A DNA stretch of 59,604 nucleotides, filler included, from Sphacelaria rigidula (taxonomy: Eukaryota), in NCBI GenBank assembly GCA_964200075.2. It is 9 parts of 9 records of this genome, joined end to end, with 100 filler letters (N's around TTAATTAATTAA, not from the genome) between each part and the next. Parts side by side here need not be neighbours in the genome. Positions count along the whole stretch, not along the records: positions 6,635 to 13,168 come from CAXNAA020019498.1; positions 13,269 to 19,802 come from CAXNAA020019499.1; positions 19,903 to 26,436 come from CAXNAA020019500.1; 6 more parts are not named here. One strand, given 5' to 3'. Position 1 is the first letter of the stretch, and each line of letters opens with the position of its first letter. The position numbers and the translations under genes are program-made. Below are positions 10,254 through 23,087 of the stretch, piece after piece. The notes under the pieces are model-generated. The model was not told where the DNA came from. It ran no database searches and saw only the letters and a list, made by a program, of their open reading frames with translations.

Positions 10254-12892
10254 CTACGAAGCCCCTGTGACATTCGCCACCCGACCATGCGTACATCCAG
10301 GTCAAGTCAGGAACGTGCGTTCGCATTCACAGAGAGAGGCGGCCTCGCAACACTGTCGTCTATACTGTACTCTCCTTGTGTTAGACGCCAGGTGCTTACT
10401 TTAAACAAAACGAGATCTGCTACTGTACAGTAGTACATGCGTATCGAAGTCTCTGAGTTAACCGGGTCAGGGGACACGATAAGAGAAGTAGGCATTGAGG
10501 GAAATGTCCAGACTTTACCACGCCCTGTACGGTGCATGTCGCTCGTTTTCTTAGGTGGACTCCTCTTGAACGAAAAACAGCCTACATGTCGGACAAACAC
10601 ATCGGGAGGGGGGGTCAGGTTGTGTTGTGTTCAGATGGAGGGAGTGTTCGCAAAATCGATCGCTGCTTCCCTGTCATCACAAGGGCTTGCTCTCCCATTA
10701 TACATACAGTCACTCCAACGCAAGTTACTGTTGTCAACTATTCTCCATCGTCCTCGAACCTGTTTGTGCTCTTTACAAGTGTAGCGCCCTCTTTCCTTTC
10801 GTCTTACCCCTCAGGAAGTCCTTGACCATCTCTTCTCAGCTTGCATGGCCCCCGTCTCGCTTGCTCGGCTGCCTCACAACGCGGCGTCTTGTCGCATGCT
10901 ATTCAGATCCCCGCCTTGAGTTTTTCTCGCGCACGTGAGGTTCCCTCCCTCGGCTCGTCAATGACCACCATGAATGACGCTCCCTCGAGTGATTTTTCCG
11001 ATACACTTCTCTGCCATCCGTACTCCTTCCACTTCAAGGACGGCCACTTTATTCGTGTCCGCTGTTCATCATCCATTGAATCACAGGGTAGTCAGTGCGG
11101 CGCAGACAACAGTACAGACGGCGCAGGGGTACATCGCAGACTGGACAACTCCTACAAGCTTCCTCGTTGTGCTGCTGCGTCTCCATTAGAGATCCGGATC
11201 TTTACGGACATCCAGTGCTGTCATAAGCCCGCATAGAGCGCATGGTTTCCTCAAATCGGCGCGGCTTCGTTCGGGCTCTACCAACGAGCTTCATGCGTTG
11301 AGCGACTTCTTCACCAGTTTATCCTTCTTAGTCTTTCGACCGAAATGAGTTCAGGATAGCAACAAGGGTTCTAGGTGCACGGCTGGACACAAAACAGCAC
11401 GAGTCTCACCACGAGTGAGAAAGAGGGAGAGTTTCGTCGTCGAACGTCTGTCGCGGGGATGTGTGAAGAAATCTCCGAAGATCAAACTCTCAGAACCGTC
11501 GTTGAGGAGAACCGGTTCTAAATACACAGGATCTCCGTGAGGTTCAAGTTGCACAAGCCCAGCCGGCGGATAAGTCCAATGCGAATATCTTCAGCATCAT
11601 CCACGCCAGATATGACTGCTCAACTCACTACAAAATCCTGCCTGTAATGTCGAGAAGCATATCATCATTGTGATTCCATTGCTGAGTTGGCTCAGTTTTC
11701 GAGTCAAGCAGGCTCAGCCGCGGCCCCAGCAAATCAAAACGAAGTAATTTCCCGAAGGGACGATAATAACATTCAGGACGCCACATTCTTCGTCGTGAGC
11801 GTAAATCTCCGTTCACACACGCATGTTTTGCCCGGATTGGGGTGGCCGGAGTCGGATTGGAGTGGCCGGAGTACTAGCAGGCGTACGCATTTTCCCCATG
11901 TCAGGGATCTTTTCGAATTCCCCATCATAATCGCCATCGAGAAACTAGGAAACCTCTACACTTGTTCAGTTTCGTGAGGAAGCTCCAGATATTGGAGAGT
12001 ATTGATCGCCTACTTGTTCACCATTCGCGAATCAGGAGTTTGTTTTTGTTTGGAGTTTCGTACTCGCAAGGTTATACTCGACAGCAGCTCTCTGCTAGTG
12101 GTTCACTTCATACCCCCGGAATGTTTTCTTTCCATGCATGGCCCAACAAAGCGTGTGATCACGCTGTCCAACCTGATATGAGGTTGTGAGACTTGGCACA
12201 ACCGAAAAGTTGCAGTGCCCGTCTCAATGTGTACAGTAGTGGGCGGTCTAACTAATCATTTTGCCATTTTGTGTTTTTCCGTAGTTGGCGATTCGCTTGG
12301 GCTCTTTTCGCTTGCCACCGCTCATCACATTGGGGATCTGAAGATATTTTTATCCGCTCCACATTTCAAGAAAAAAAAAGTCAACTGTATACTCAATATT
12401 GAGAGACTCACGGGCTGACCGGTCATCGGGGGTCCTGCCACGTTTCAGCCCAGATTCTTAGTCTTCGGTATTTTCGGTCGATCAAGTCTTTCCCGATCGT
12501 ATTTGTGAAAAAATGTACAGTTTAAAATTTTGGAATTCTACCTACTCATTGCACTAGAGTCGACAAACTGGGTTTCACGGTCAATAACACCCTCCTGATA
12601 AACAGGGTATTCACACGTATCGCCCGATAACACCAGCCAACACTGACTTGGGCGCTTTGTTCCGAGAATGATATTTTGATTGTAGCAAAATCTACCGACG
12701 CTAGCAATTTCGAGTTATGTCGAAGAGTAGTACGCGAAGGAACCCCTTGAATACTCCTGAATAGTTAGACCGCCCACTACTGTAGCGATTCGCCTCGTCA
12801 ATCGTGTCTAGAACAGTCCGCAACCTACCATTAATGTAGTACATAGGGTATCAACGGCCACGCGTGCCGCCATTATGCCATAAGTACGAATA

Positions 12893-12988
12893 ATCCAACT
12901 GCATCCTTACGCCCCACGTAAACACATGATAATCGACGGATATCCAACTGCATCCTTACGCCCAACGTGAACACATGATAATCGACGG
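12893..12988 (+). repeat. Tandem duplication, period 49 bp
   Basis: ATCCAACTGCATCCTTACGCCCMACGTRAACACATGATAATCGACGG twice. Confidence 0.9.
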
Positions 12989-13319
12989 CACGCGAACGCG
13001 GGGGAGCGGAGGGGGGCGGGGATTGAGGATTGACAGTGTTTCCGTGAGATTGAGAGTAGAGGATACGATTGAGAATGAATCGTTTCAGTTCCGAAATGCC
13101 CCTCCCCGAGGCCCAATATGCTTTCCGTAGTAGCTTGCCACTGAGGCCCTTGATATCCCTGAGTAAAANNNNNNNNNNNNNNNNNNNNNNNNNNNNNNNN
13201 NNNNNNNNNNNNTTAATTAATTAANNNNNNNNNNNNNNNNNNNNNNNNNNNNNNNNNNNNNNNNNNNNAAAAAAAGTATGCATGATCCAGAAAGACTAAT
13301 CTCGCGGTCTAAGGGTTGA

Positions 13320-13717
13320 AGGGCCGCATAGGCATTTGAACATCCCTGTAATGCGTGAGAGGACCGCGTGCTTAGAGGACCGCGCCGTAGTCCAAACCAC
13401 CCCAGGATCGACGTTGTTCGAAACCAATCGAACCAGTCCCTACAGGTACCACGCACCTGACCCTAACCCCAACACTAACCCTAACCTTAACCCTAACCAT
13501 AGGGATGTTTAAATTCCGATGCGGTCCTCTTAGCACGCGGTCCTCTCACGCATTACAATCCCCATGGTTAGGGTTTGAGTCAGGGTTAGTGTTGGGGTTA
13601 GGGTTAGGGGCCAGGTCCCTGCCGGGACTGGCTCGATTGGTTTTGAAAAACGTTGATCCTGAACTGTTTCGAACTTCGATGCGGTCCTCTAAGCACGTGG
13701 TCCTCTCACGCATTACA
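13320..13717 (+). mobile_element. Telomere-repeat-bearing MITE, outer host copy with degraded left end
   Basis: Removing the inner copy and one ATCCC restores GAACATCCCCATGGTTAGGG as in other copies. Right TIR ends CATTACA at 13717. Confidence 0.85.
13347..13557 (-). mobile_element. Telomere-repeat-bearing MITE (complete), nested inside another copy
   Basis: 37-bp TIR TGTAATGCGTGAGAGGACCGCGTGCTTAGAGGACCGC, internal (CCCTAA)n-like tract, 5-bp TSD ATCCC. Confidence 0.93.
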
Positions 13718-14248
13718 CCCATGTTACCACGTGTCCTTCCTTTTTGAGCAGGAAGTCAAGACAAGAGGTCAACAGAGGGCATGAAGGCACCTCGGGCACC
13801 TCTGTACTGGATGAAATACGAGTGCGCGATCATTGTGCCCATCATCCCGGCATTGAACTTGAGGTAGACGGCTTCAAACATACACTGCGCGAGCCCGGAG
13901 ATAACAGAGAACAAATGAGCGCGCAGTGAAATGCATGAAATGAAAAATCGAAGGGGGACAGAAGAGAGGCCCAATTGGCGCATACAGATGCGTGAGAAAT
14001 CCTCGTACTTCAACGTAGCATGGCCAAGGAGCTATTATCAACGAGCAGAGATGTGGGAACTCATTTTGTACCCCAGAGCAGCATGACCAAGGAGCCCAAA
14101 TCCCTCCTCGGGGCATAGTCTTGCACGAATTAAGGCTCAGAAAAAGTCAACACGAGAAGCAGAATGGGTGAGAGCGTACTGTAAAGATTTACGCCTCACC
14201 AGCAAAGTGGTCAACAATCACTCATCAATCGGGAAAAAGTACACCATT

Positions 14249-14385
14249 TATCGTATCGTATCGTGTCGTATCGAACTTATCGTTATCGCCATTGTTATCG
14301 TTTTATCGAATAGTTTCCCATACGGTAACGATAACGATATTTCGATACGATATGTCGAAATTTTCGATACGACATCCAATACACC
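14249..14385. mobile_element. MITE remnant made of TATCG/CGATA subterminal-type repeats
   Basis: TATCG repeats in the left half and inverted CGATA repeats in the right half. Confidence 0.55.
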
Positions 14386-14613
14386 TACACACTGTGTGGG
14401 TGTATTGCAGCTGCTGTGGTGTCGGTGCAAGGCACGTGGGACGAACGCGGATAGGCATTCCACTCACTCGGCTTGCACATGAATATTTACAAGTGATGAT
14501 TACTTGTACATGGCATTCACAAGTCCAGTCGGGTGGCGTCTTGTTTGGCACTGTGTGGAAGAATTAGGTGCGTTTCTCGTCTGATGCTACGAGGCCGCTT
14601 GCACCGTGCCACA

Positions 14614-14824
14614 TGTAATGCGTGAGAGGACCGCGTGTTTAGAGGACTGCATCGGAATTCGAACACCCTCATGGTCAGGGTCAGGGTTAGGGTTAGTGTT
14701 GGGGCTAGGGTCAGGGGCGTGGTACCTGCAGGGATTGACCCGATTGGTTTTGAAAAACGTCGATCCTGAGGCATTTTGAACGACGGCGCGGTCCTCTGAG
14801 CACGCGGTCCGCTCACGCATTACA
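14614..14824 (+). mobile_element. Telomere-repeat-bearing MITE (complete)
   Basis: Both TIRs present; internal GGTCAGGGTCAGGGTTAGGGTTAGTGTTGGGGCTAGGGTCAGGG; flanks CCACA / CCATG. Confidence 0.92.
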
Positions 14825-15072
14825 CCATGGCTCGAGCGATGGCTACGGACTGTGTTCGTGTATACTGCAGCTGCTGTAGTATCGATGGAAGGCGCATGGG
14901 ACGAACGTAGACAGGAAATCAAATCGCGGCTTGGCTTTTACATAACTATTTACAAGTGAGTCGCGACCTGTACACAACTCTTCACAAGTCGCGACCTGTA
15001 CATAACTATTTTCCAGTCGTGACTCGTAGATAATTATGTACAAGAAGTCGCGACTAGAAAATAGCCCTTCCC

Positions 15073-15149
15073 TTTTGATTAACATCGATCCTAAGGTGTT
15101 TCGAACTACGATGCGGTCCTTTAAGCACGCGGTCCTCTCACGCATTACA
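15073..15149 (+). mobile_element. Telomere-repeat MITE right-end fragment; other fragments at 16186-16237, 19427-19626, 19686-19802, 32269-32310
   Basis: Isolated TIRs and partial internal sequence of the same family. Confidence 0.8.
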
Positions 15150-16324
15150 GGCAACGCGTGATAGTTCTGTCTGTTGATTATAACAACACCAGATATATCC
15201 TGAGAGCGGGTGCGGAGACCCGAAACAACATCGACATAATTCAACAACGTTTTCATGAGATTGAGAGTAGCGCGCTGTTTGAGAGTGGCTTCGATCATTC
15301 GCTTTCACATAGTCAATGTTTCATCCCGTGTGTGATATTCTTTGCCTTCATCACTGGCGTGTGCTTACAGCTACACGTCGATATCACACTCGGGGATATC
15401 CAGGGCCTCATTTGCCAGTTACTGAAAAAAGAATGTCGGGTCTCGTGGAGGGGGTCATCTTGGACCTGAAACGACTCATTCACTAATTGACCGCTTTCAC
15501 TCTCAATCGTATTATCTTCTCTCAATCTCATGAAAACGTTGTTATTGGTGGTATCTCAAACTCGAGGCTCTCGGAACATTCAACAGCCCTTTACAATAAA
15601 CTATGGCGGGAACCTCGAGTTTGTACCTCCATTATTAGTTGGTTCAGCACCCCTCGGGCTGATGACTGCCCTCCTGTTGGTAATAACCAACCAGGAGGAA
15701 GCATCTTGTTCATCAAATATCCAGCTAAAAGTTCCTGAGTTTTAATGAGAGGGATGCCCCGCATTACATTGAATGTTTGGTATTTATTTTGGAAAGGTCG
15801 CGAGGTTAGTTCAGACTCTCACCCGTTGATATCGAAAAAAATGACGTGGCACTCGGAGTTTCACCGTAGATGTTGAAAATGTGACACGAAAGCTGTCCTG
15901 TGAAGCCCTCGGGTCCCCTCCAGCTTATGAACCCGGAAGGATCTCCACGTTTTTTTGTTGAAGATGCAGTATTACTAATTGACGCCTTGAGGTTTGTTTC
16001 GGATCCCCTTTGGCTTATCTCAAACTCGTACGTAATTGTGACTCCTTGAACCCTCCGACAGGTATGTCGGGGAGGCCGAAGTTGAGATGCCTCTAATAAT
16101 CACAGGGAGTCAACGGAGGGCGAGTTGTAGAAACCTCGAATAATCAGGGTCATCCTGTAAAGAGATATCTTACACACGAGATTTCTGTAATGCATGAGAG
16201 GACCGCGCCCTTATAAAAGACCGCATCGGAATTTGACGAAACAACTAGAAGATGCGCACCCGGGTGCACCATCTGCACCCTCGGATAATGGCAAAACACG
16301 TGCGGCTGGCCTGTGCCGCATGAC

Positions 16325-16540
16325 TGTAATGCGTGAGAGGACCGCGTGCTTACAGGACCGCATCTGAATTTGAACAGCCCTATGATTGGGGTTAGAGTTA
16401 CGTTAGGATAAGTGTTGAGGTTAGGGTCGGGGGCGTGGTTCCTGCAGGGACTGGCCCGATTGGCTTAAAAAAACGTCGATCCTGGGGTGTTTTGGACTAC
16501 GGCGCGGTCCTCTAAGCACGCGGTCCTCTCACGCATTACA
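16325..16540 (+). mobile_element. Telomere-repeat-bearing MITE (complete, no matching TSD)
   Basis: Both TIRs and a more degenerate TTAGGG tract; flanks ATGAC / CTACT do not match. Confidence 0.9.
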
Positions 16541-17449
16541 CTACTCCACTACAAGAAAAATATTTTTGATGTTACTGCCCTGCTGTGAGCTGCTGTGGAG
16601 TACAATTGTTCGTTAGTGTGTTCAGCGTCTGATATTGGGTTTCTTGGGGATTTGGCTCTGGAGGCGTTCGCGACCTGCTCGCTCTCATTTGCCTGCCCCA
16701 CTCTGCAAGTAGGTCGCGGCCACCCAGACGAGTAGTTGGTGCATGGATGTGCCGGTTTTGAAATTCCTGTTTTCCTCCTTTTCGGGGTACACACTGCGTC
16801 GTCGTCGTGTGGCTCCAGTCACGTCACCTACTGGGCTTCTCTACTCCTGGCTCGATATATGTTCGGCTCCGGTGTGCTCGGGGCGCGGCCAATGCTCTCA
16901 TTGGTTCCGAGCAGTCCTTCCCTCGTCGGTCCTGAGGTACGTGTTCAATCCACGATGCGGTCCTCAAAGCCAGCGGTTCGAACATGCATTTTACACGATT
17001 CAATCAGACAAAAATCGAGCACACCATGGGGCTGTGAACTCCGCACTTGGGATCTTAGTCTCCAATGTCGCCCATATGAGGCGCTCCACGTTGTCTGAAA
17101 CTAGCCATTATGAACTGTACGACCATTTGCACTTTGACAGTTTTGGGCTGATTTAGGAGCGGATTGTCGCGGCATCACTCGGAAGAGTTTCAGACTGCCG
17201 GTCAGAGGAGTCCACGAGCTGGTCGACTTGCCGCGCGCAAACTACGGTAGTCAATCTTGACCAAGGGAGCGAACGAGGTTGCTAAGCAGGAGGTTGGCAC
17301 TGCGGTGTTCGAAACGAGGCGGAGTAAGACCAGGTTCAGTCAAGTAGGTGATCGGAAGATGTGGTGGTGGGCATTTGTCGTGGGTTCCAAGTGGATATTG
17401 AATCTATCTGTGGTATGACTGTGGCCCGCTGTCTGCAATCGTACTACGT

Positions 17450-17660
17450 TGTAATGCTTGAGAGGACTGCGTGCTCAGAGGACGGCATCGCAATTTGAAC
17501 ATCTCCATGGTTAGGGTTAGGATCAGAGTTAGTGTTAGGGTTATGGTCAGGGGCGTGGTACCTACAGGAACTGCCCCAATTGGTTTTGAAAGACATCGAT
17601 CCTGAGGTGTTTTGAACTACGGCGCGGTCCTCTAAGCACGCGGTCCTCTCACGCATTACA
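17450..17660 (+). mobile_element. Telomere-repeat-bearing MITE (complete)
   Basis: Both TIRs; GGTTAGGGTTAGGATCAGAGTTAGTGTTAGGGTTATGGTCAGGG; 4-bp TSD ACGT. Confidence 0.92.
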
Positions 17661-18194
17661 ACGTTCTGTGCAGCCCACTGTGTGGCCTGCACTCTGTGTA
17701 GCCCACGTTCTCTATGGTTTACGTTCGATAGTGCCTGTCGTCTGTATTTGTGTGTCCTACGTTCTGCGTAGCCTGCTGTTTGCGATTGCACGACCCTCTG
17801 TGCGATTTGACGCTGGGGCAATGTCAGCGTCCGTGCTGCCGAGTTGCGGCAAGAAAACACGTGGTAGGGTGCGCGCGCAGCGACAAGCGCGGAACGATGT
17901 TGCCACACCCGAGAGCGTCGGGGCGCATCCGACGGCACCGCAACAGGAAAGAAAAGGGAGGGGTAGAGTAAATTACTGACACGTAAAGTGGGAGCCTCGA
18001 GTTCGATGCACCTTCCTTGGGGAAAAAATCTCGAGTTATGAAGGTATCTCAAGCTTGAGGTTCTGGCTATGTTCAAAAAGTAATTTGCTGTCCAAAACGC
18101 CGGGGACCTCGAGTGAGATTCTGTTTTCCTGTCCGTGCGTGATATTCGCACAGTTTTTATCGATCGAAGATAAACGGTGCGGTGGGGTGGGTTA

Positions 18195-19375
18195 ATGCAG
18201 ATTCAATCGTTTTGCGTGAGTTGGGTCCAAGCAAATTTGCAAGCTTTCGATCGAAAAAAAGACAGAGGAGTTCGTGTGGCGGTACTTGCTCACTTGTAAC
18301 CAGTACAGACAGTCAGTACTGTCGTGCTGTCTGTCCTGTCTGAATAAAATGTCAGTGTATGAGTTCTTGAATTTGTTTATAGAGTGGAAATTATTTGAAA
18401 GAAAAGAAGCACAGAACTATATGTTTCCCCCGATCACAGTGCGACGTCGAAAGGACTTGGATACAATGCTATTTTGTACTTCCTGCACTGTCCGCATGAG
18501 CGTGTACGCAAGTCGGTCGCCCACCCTACGATGCAATTCCGTCGCCGATGCACACCATTGAAGATGCTCAAGTCTTCGCCGGCGAAAACAAAACACATCA
18601 TGCCTCATGCCAAGAGGGTGATGGCGCCCGTTCTTAACTACTGCAGAACATGTATCCCTGTGCTGAACTCGTACTCCATGCTACAGGGCTGCCGTGGTAG
18701 CTAATACTGAATTGTGTGGGGTTTGCATAGCTTTGTGGATGGGTGGTATCTGGCGTGGTGGTCTGCAAGATGGGATTTAAGTGTCCCTTCGTTCTTTTCC
18801 GCCGCACATGTTGGGTAAAAAAAGCTAGGCTTCAGGCTTTCAACACCCTGCTCTAAAAATTACATAGTCAAAAAAGTGTACTACGTGCAGTATCGACGAT
18901 TGCGTCTATTGCAAGAGGCAATATACGCCATATTATACGCAGTTCATTTTTGACCCAACTCATATTTTGTACGGAGCGTGAAGCTTTGTTGTTTTCATCC
19001 TGGCGGTCTCGCGCAGGTAAATACAGGGAAGACTTGAAGCAATCTGAGAACATAAATAACGTTCATGTACCACATACAATTATTTCGTTCCCGCCTACCT
19101 TCTTCAAAAACCTGGCCGTATCACCCACTTCGCATGATGTGTTTATTTTTTGCTGGCGAGAAAGGAGTCTCCTGTGGTGTGCGTCGGCGGCGGAAGTTGC
19201 GTGGTGGGGTATACTTCTAATCTTGCACGCCGCCGTAGTCATGGGCGACCGACTTTCGTACACAGTCATGGACAGAGCAGGCCGTACAAAACTGAACGTT
19301 GTTCAAGTCCTTTTCTCGTCGCACTGTATGCAGAGGGTACAGGTAGTCCTGTGCTTTCTGTACTGCACGTTGCCC
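18195..19375. mobile_element. Non-autonomous DNA element related to 23088-23884, with diverged inverted arms (18400-18600 vs 19135-19360)
   Basis: ACAGTGCGACG..AAGGACTTG and GTGTACGMAAGTCGGTCGCCCA occur in both orientations; collinear homology to 23150-23820. Confidence 0.65.
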
Positions 19376-20172
19376 GCTTTTTCTTTACACACCGCAGGCA
19401 GTGCATGTGGTGCGAAAAACGACAGCGTGCTAAGGGAACCGCATCGTTGTTTGAAACACCTCAGAACCGACGTCTTTCAAAACCAATCGGGCCAGTCCCT
19501 GCACGGACCACACCCCTGACCCTAACCCCAATCTCAACTCTAGCCCCCTAATCAACCCTAACCATAGGGATGTTCAAAATTCCGATGCGGTCCTCGAAGA
19601 AGTGCGCGGTCCTCTCCCGCATTATAGTGCTGCCCGTACTGACGACAAGCGAGCAAGTACCACCGACTATTTTTAGCATCCTTATTGTAATGCGTGAGAG
19701 GACCGCGTGCTTAGAGGACTGCATGGTAGTTCAAAACACCCTAGGATCGACGTTTGACAAAACGAATCGGGCTGGTCCCTGCAGGGGCCGCGCCCATGCC
19801 CCNNNNNNNNNNNNNNNNNNNNNNNNNNNNNNNNNNNNNNNNNNNNTTAATTAATTAANNNNNNNNNNNNNNNNNNNNNNNNNNNNNNNNNNNNNNNNNN
19901 NNGGCTTCCCCTACCGATTCGTCTGGAAGCAATACAGTAGTTTTGTTTATGTTCCCGTGAGTGAGCACGGGGGGGGGGGGTTAAACCTTTTCAATGGAGG
20001 GGGTCATTATCCAGCGTGGGTTCGCGCAACAGCCCAAAAATATAGGGGGTAAAGTATGCACAATACTGGTGGCATCGCATGCAGTCATACATATTACGGA
20101 GTATTATGCAAAAATGATGCTGAAAACAAAACTACCACGACTGGATTACGTTCCAGCGCAAAAATGGTCTTG

Positions 20173-20561
20173 GGTCACTTTTGATGTGTCGAAAAAAATG
20201 AAAATGTTTTCCTGGTTCTTCTGTGTCGTTTTCGCCTTGAAAGAGGGCTAGGCGGATGTTGACACCTTGGAATGACTGACTTGCTCTACTCGTTGAGAGA
20301 CCGTTCCAGGACATCTTTGGGTTTCCCATTGGCCACAAGTTTGCTTTCGCCAAACTTGCATTTGCAATAGCAAACGATCAAGTTATAAAAAAGTGGCAGA
20401 GATACACAACGGAAAGGTGCCCTGGGATGGTTTCCACGAGTAGAGCACGTCATTCCAAGGTGTCAATATCCGCCGAGCCCTCTTTGAGGACTTGAAACGA
20501 CTCAGAAGGACCAAAAAGGCGTTCTTGAACAAGATTTTTTGTTTACACACAAGAAGTGACC
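20173..20561. mobile_element. Foldback PIF/Harbinger-type MITE, relative of 49499-49969
   Basis: GGTCACTT...AAGTGACC termini, flanks TTG/TTA, long inverted arms containing TTGACACCTTGGAATGAC. Confidence 0.8.
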
Positions 20562-22628
20562 TTAGGCCCCGTCTCAATCCTTAGAAAGCGACCCCCCCGC
20601 AGGTGGGCTGAGATGGACTATCCAGAGTCTCTAAATACACCAAAATGCGGCGACCTTTCTTCAATCAGATGAGAAAAACGGGCGGAATATGAGTAGAAAA
20701 ATAGCTTTGATTGACCCACACCTTGTGCCGCTGCGAGACAGGCAGCTGCTACCATCAATCACTGAGGATACAGCAGCTCCGTGCTGGCTCAGTTTATCTG
20801 CCCCAACCTGCACGCAACGGCCATGCGTGTCTTCCCCGATCACAGCACCCGACTATAACTGAAGTACTCGAGGAGACGCGACAAACAGCTGCACAGCCGT
20901 CACGTGATTGTTTCAACCTTTGATTGGACAGCACTTTGATCCTACCCCAATTATGTGCAGACCGAAACACGACATATAGCAGTACAACTGTTCAGGCACT
21001 CTCTAGCGCACATCGCACTGTGTTCGTCGTAGAGTGTTTGAATGCACAGCAGCACAGCGACAACTGCAGCATAAAAATAATGGGTTTGGGAAGCGCCTTG
21101 TTCGTTTGACTCAAGACGAAACAGCCAACGCACCATGAAGGTTTCAACAGTGTAGAGAGAAGTGCGTTCCGACATTCTTTTTCACAGAGACAGACGCAAC
21201 GACGATAAAGCAACTCAGGCAGTTCCAGCGGATGTCAAACCCTCTTCACAAAGGCCTGAAGACACCACAGCGCAGCGACAGCTACAACAGAGTGATGCAG
21301 GACATGTCCCATGCGATAGTTCTTCCCCTGATTTCGGGTGGGTCCTTGATTTTTGCCGAGTGGTAATCTTCAAACGCTCGGCGATAATCGCGCTTGCGCG
21401 AAAAAAATGTAGTTCCCTTTGAGTTACCCCTATATGTGGGAGGTGAGCCACACAAAACGCCTTTTTCATGAGCATGTAGATGTTTGGCATATATATAGAA
21501 AAAAACTCCCGGAGAACCCCCGATCGGTTATGACCCTGCAGTCAATTGCATGCAGAGCCAGTACTGTATGTGCTGTATGTCTTAGCTAGATACAACGGCA
21601 AGAAACAGTCAGCGCGCCATCGCTCTGCACTGAACATAGTCTCCTGCATGCTGCTGATGTCTCTGCTTCGTGTTCCATAGCAACACTACAGGCAGTGTGA
21701 AGCCATTGTGGCAACACACGAGGGATCAGGCAGGTGGCATGGACTACGATCAGAGTAAAGAGCACGTTGTTCATGTCCATGTCATCAATGGTTTACTTGT
21801 CAGTACCAAGATATGCAATACGGCTAGACAGCGAAGTAGTCCATCTGTAGTCCACCTGTAGGGGAACAAAGTGACCATTTTGATAGCCGTGATTGGTCAG
21901 AATGGTCACTCCGCTCCTCTTGGGCCTCCTTCTTGGCTTGTGATTTTCCTTGAGAAACTTCCATACACACATGATTGACTTGGTGAGCTTTCGGCAGTGC
22001 TGCAGACAGGCCCACACTCCCTGCCGAAAACCACCACCACCCCCCGTCCCCCGCAGAACGTCGCATGTCCCTGGACTGTCACCCGGTGAAATTGTTCCGA
22101 GGCGACGCTCGCTGTCTGATGGTGAACGAAAGAAGAAAAATGATGATGAAGTTATGATAATGATATAACGACTCACAACCTCAGTGTCGGGAGAAATCGG
22201 CCGCCTTTCCAATGGAAGGCCAAACATGAACGATTATGGAAATTTGATGACGGTAAATGACGACGGTGCTTCTGTAGGCACGGGTCGAATTGTATAGAAC
22301 CAAGACCAAGTGCAAATAACTTAATTTTTCTTTTTGACTATGATAGTGCCACTGTGTCATATAAGTCATTATACAGTACAAGCTTAATTTTAGTTTCATT
22401 ATTACTCAACGGCCCGTTACCTGTGAACATGGTGCCTAAAAACACGCAAACAGACCAGGGATTCCCAGCAGGGCGGCAATCACGCGCGAGGTGCATAGAC
22501 ATTGCCGCACGGTTGAAACATGTACCGTCTCCTGCACCAGGAGGAGAAGCAGCAGTAGCAACAGCAGCGTGTTGACTACCAGTAGCTGTGCACGGTTGGG
22601 GGTGGGGCTGAATCAGCCGGTGCCGATA

Positions 22629-22654
22629 CTGCTGCTGCTGCTGCTGCTGCTGCT
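22629..22654 (+). repeat. (CTG)n microsatellite; poly-Q in a possible minus-strand exon
   Basis: About 8 CTG units inside minus ORF 22338-22769; coding status unsupported. Confidence 0.8.
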
Positions 22655-23087
22655 CTTCCTCGTCCGAGAGACGGTTCACGTTTGTTGTGCGCGACCATGC
22701 CCATGCACCTTGCGCGTGGCTACCACCCTGTTTGTAATCCTGGTCCGCACTACCCGCCGATGGGTCCATTGTTGCTCACTCGGCGGAATGCGGGGATATA
22801 ACTGTGCACGTCTCTCTTTGGCAGCTGTACACGTCGGGCACGTGTTCCACGCGTGGCTACTGCTGACGACGGGGCAGCCAGCTGTGCACCCCATGATGGA
22901 CCAAATAGCCCACGCGTGGCAACTGTTTCACGTTCCTTTCGCATTCTCCTCGGATCGTACCTCCGTTCTCACTCTCTCTACTCGTAATTCAAAAATGATT
23001 TTTTTGTGAGAGTGGTTTCGGGTCAAACAATCACAAGGACAGCAAAAAACAAGAACACGCGAAACACCAGAATCATCCTCATTCTCA

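Noticed and set aside
13459..13500. True telomere or chromosome end
   Set aside because: The tracts are short, degenerate and always enclosed by MITE TIRs.
15150..16185. Autonomous transposase between two telomere-MITE half ends
   Set aside because: The TIRs face away from the interval, and no long ORF or DDE motif is visible.
17444..18151. Long ORFs over repeats (also 33552-34166, 35220-35897, 53948-54616)
   Set aside because: They overlap MITEs or SINEs or lack any recognisable motif or splice support; likely chance ORFs.
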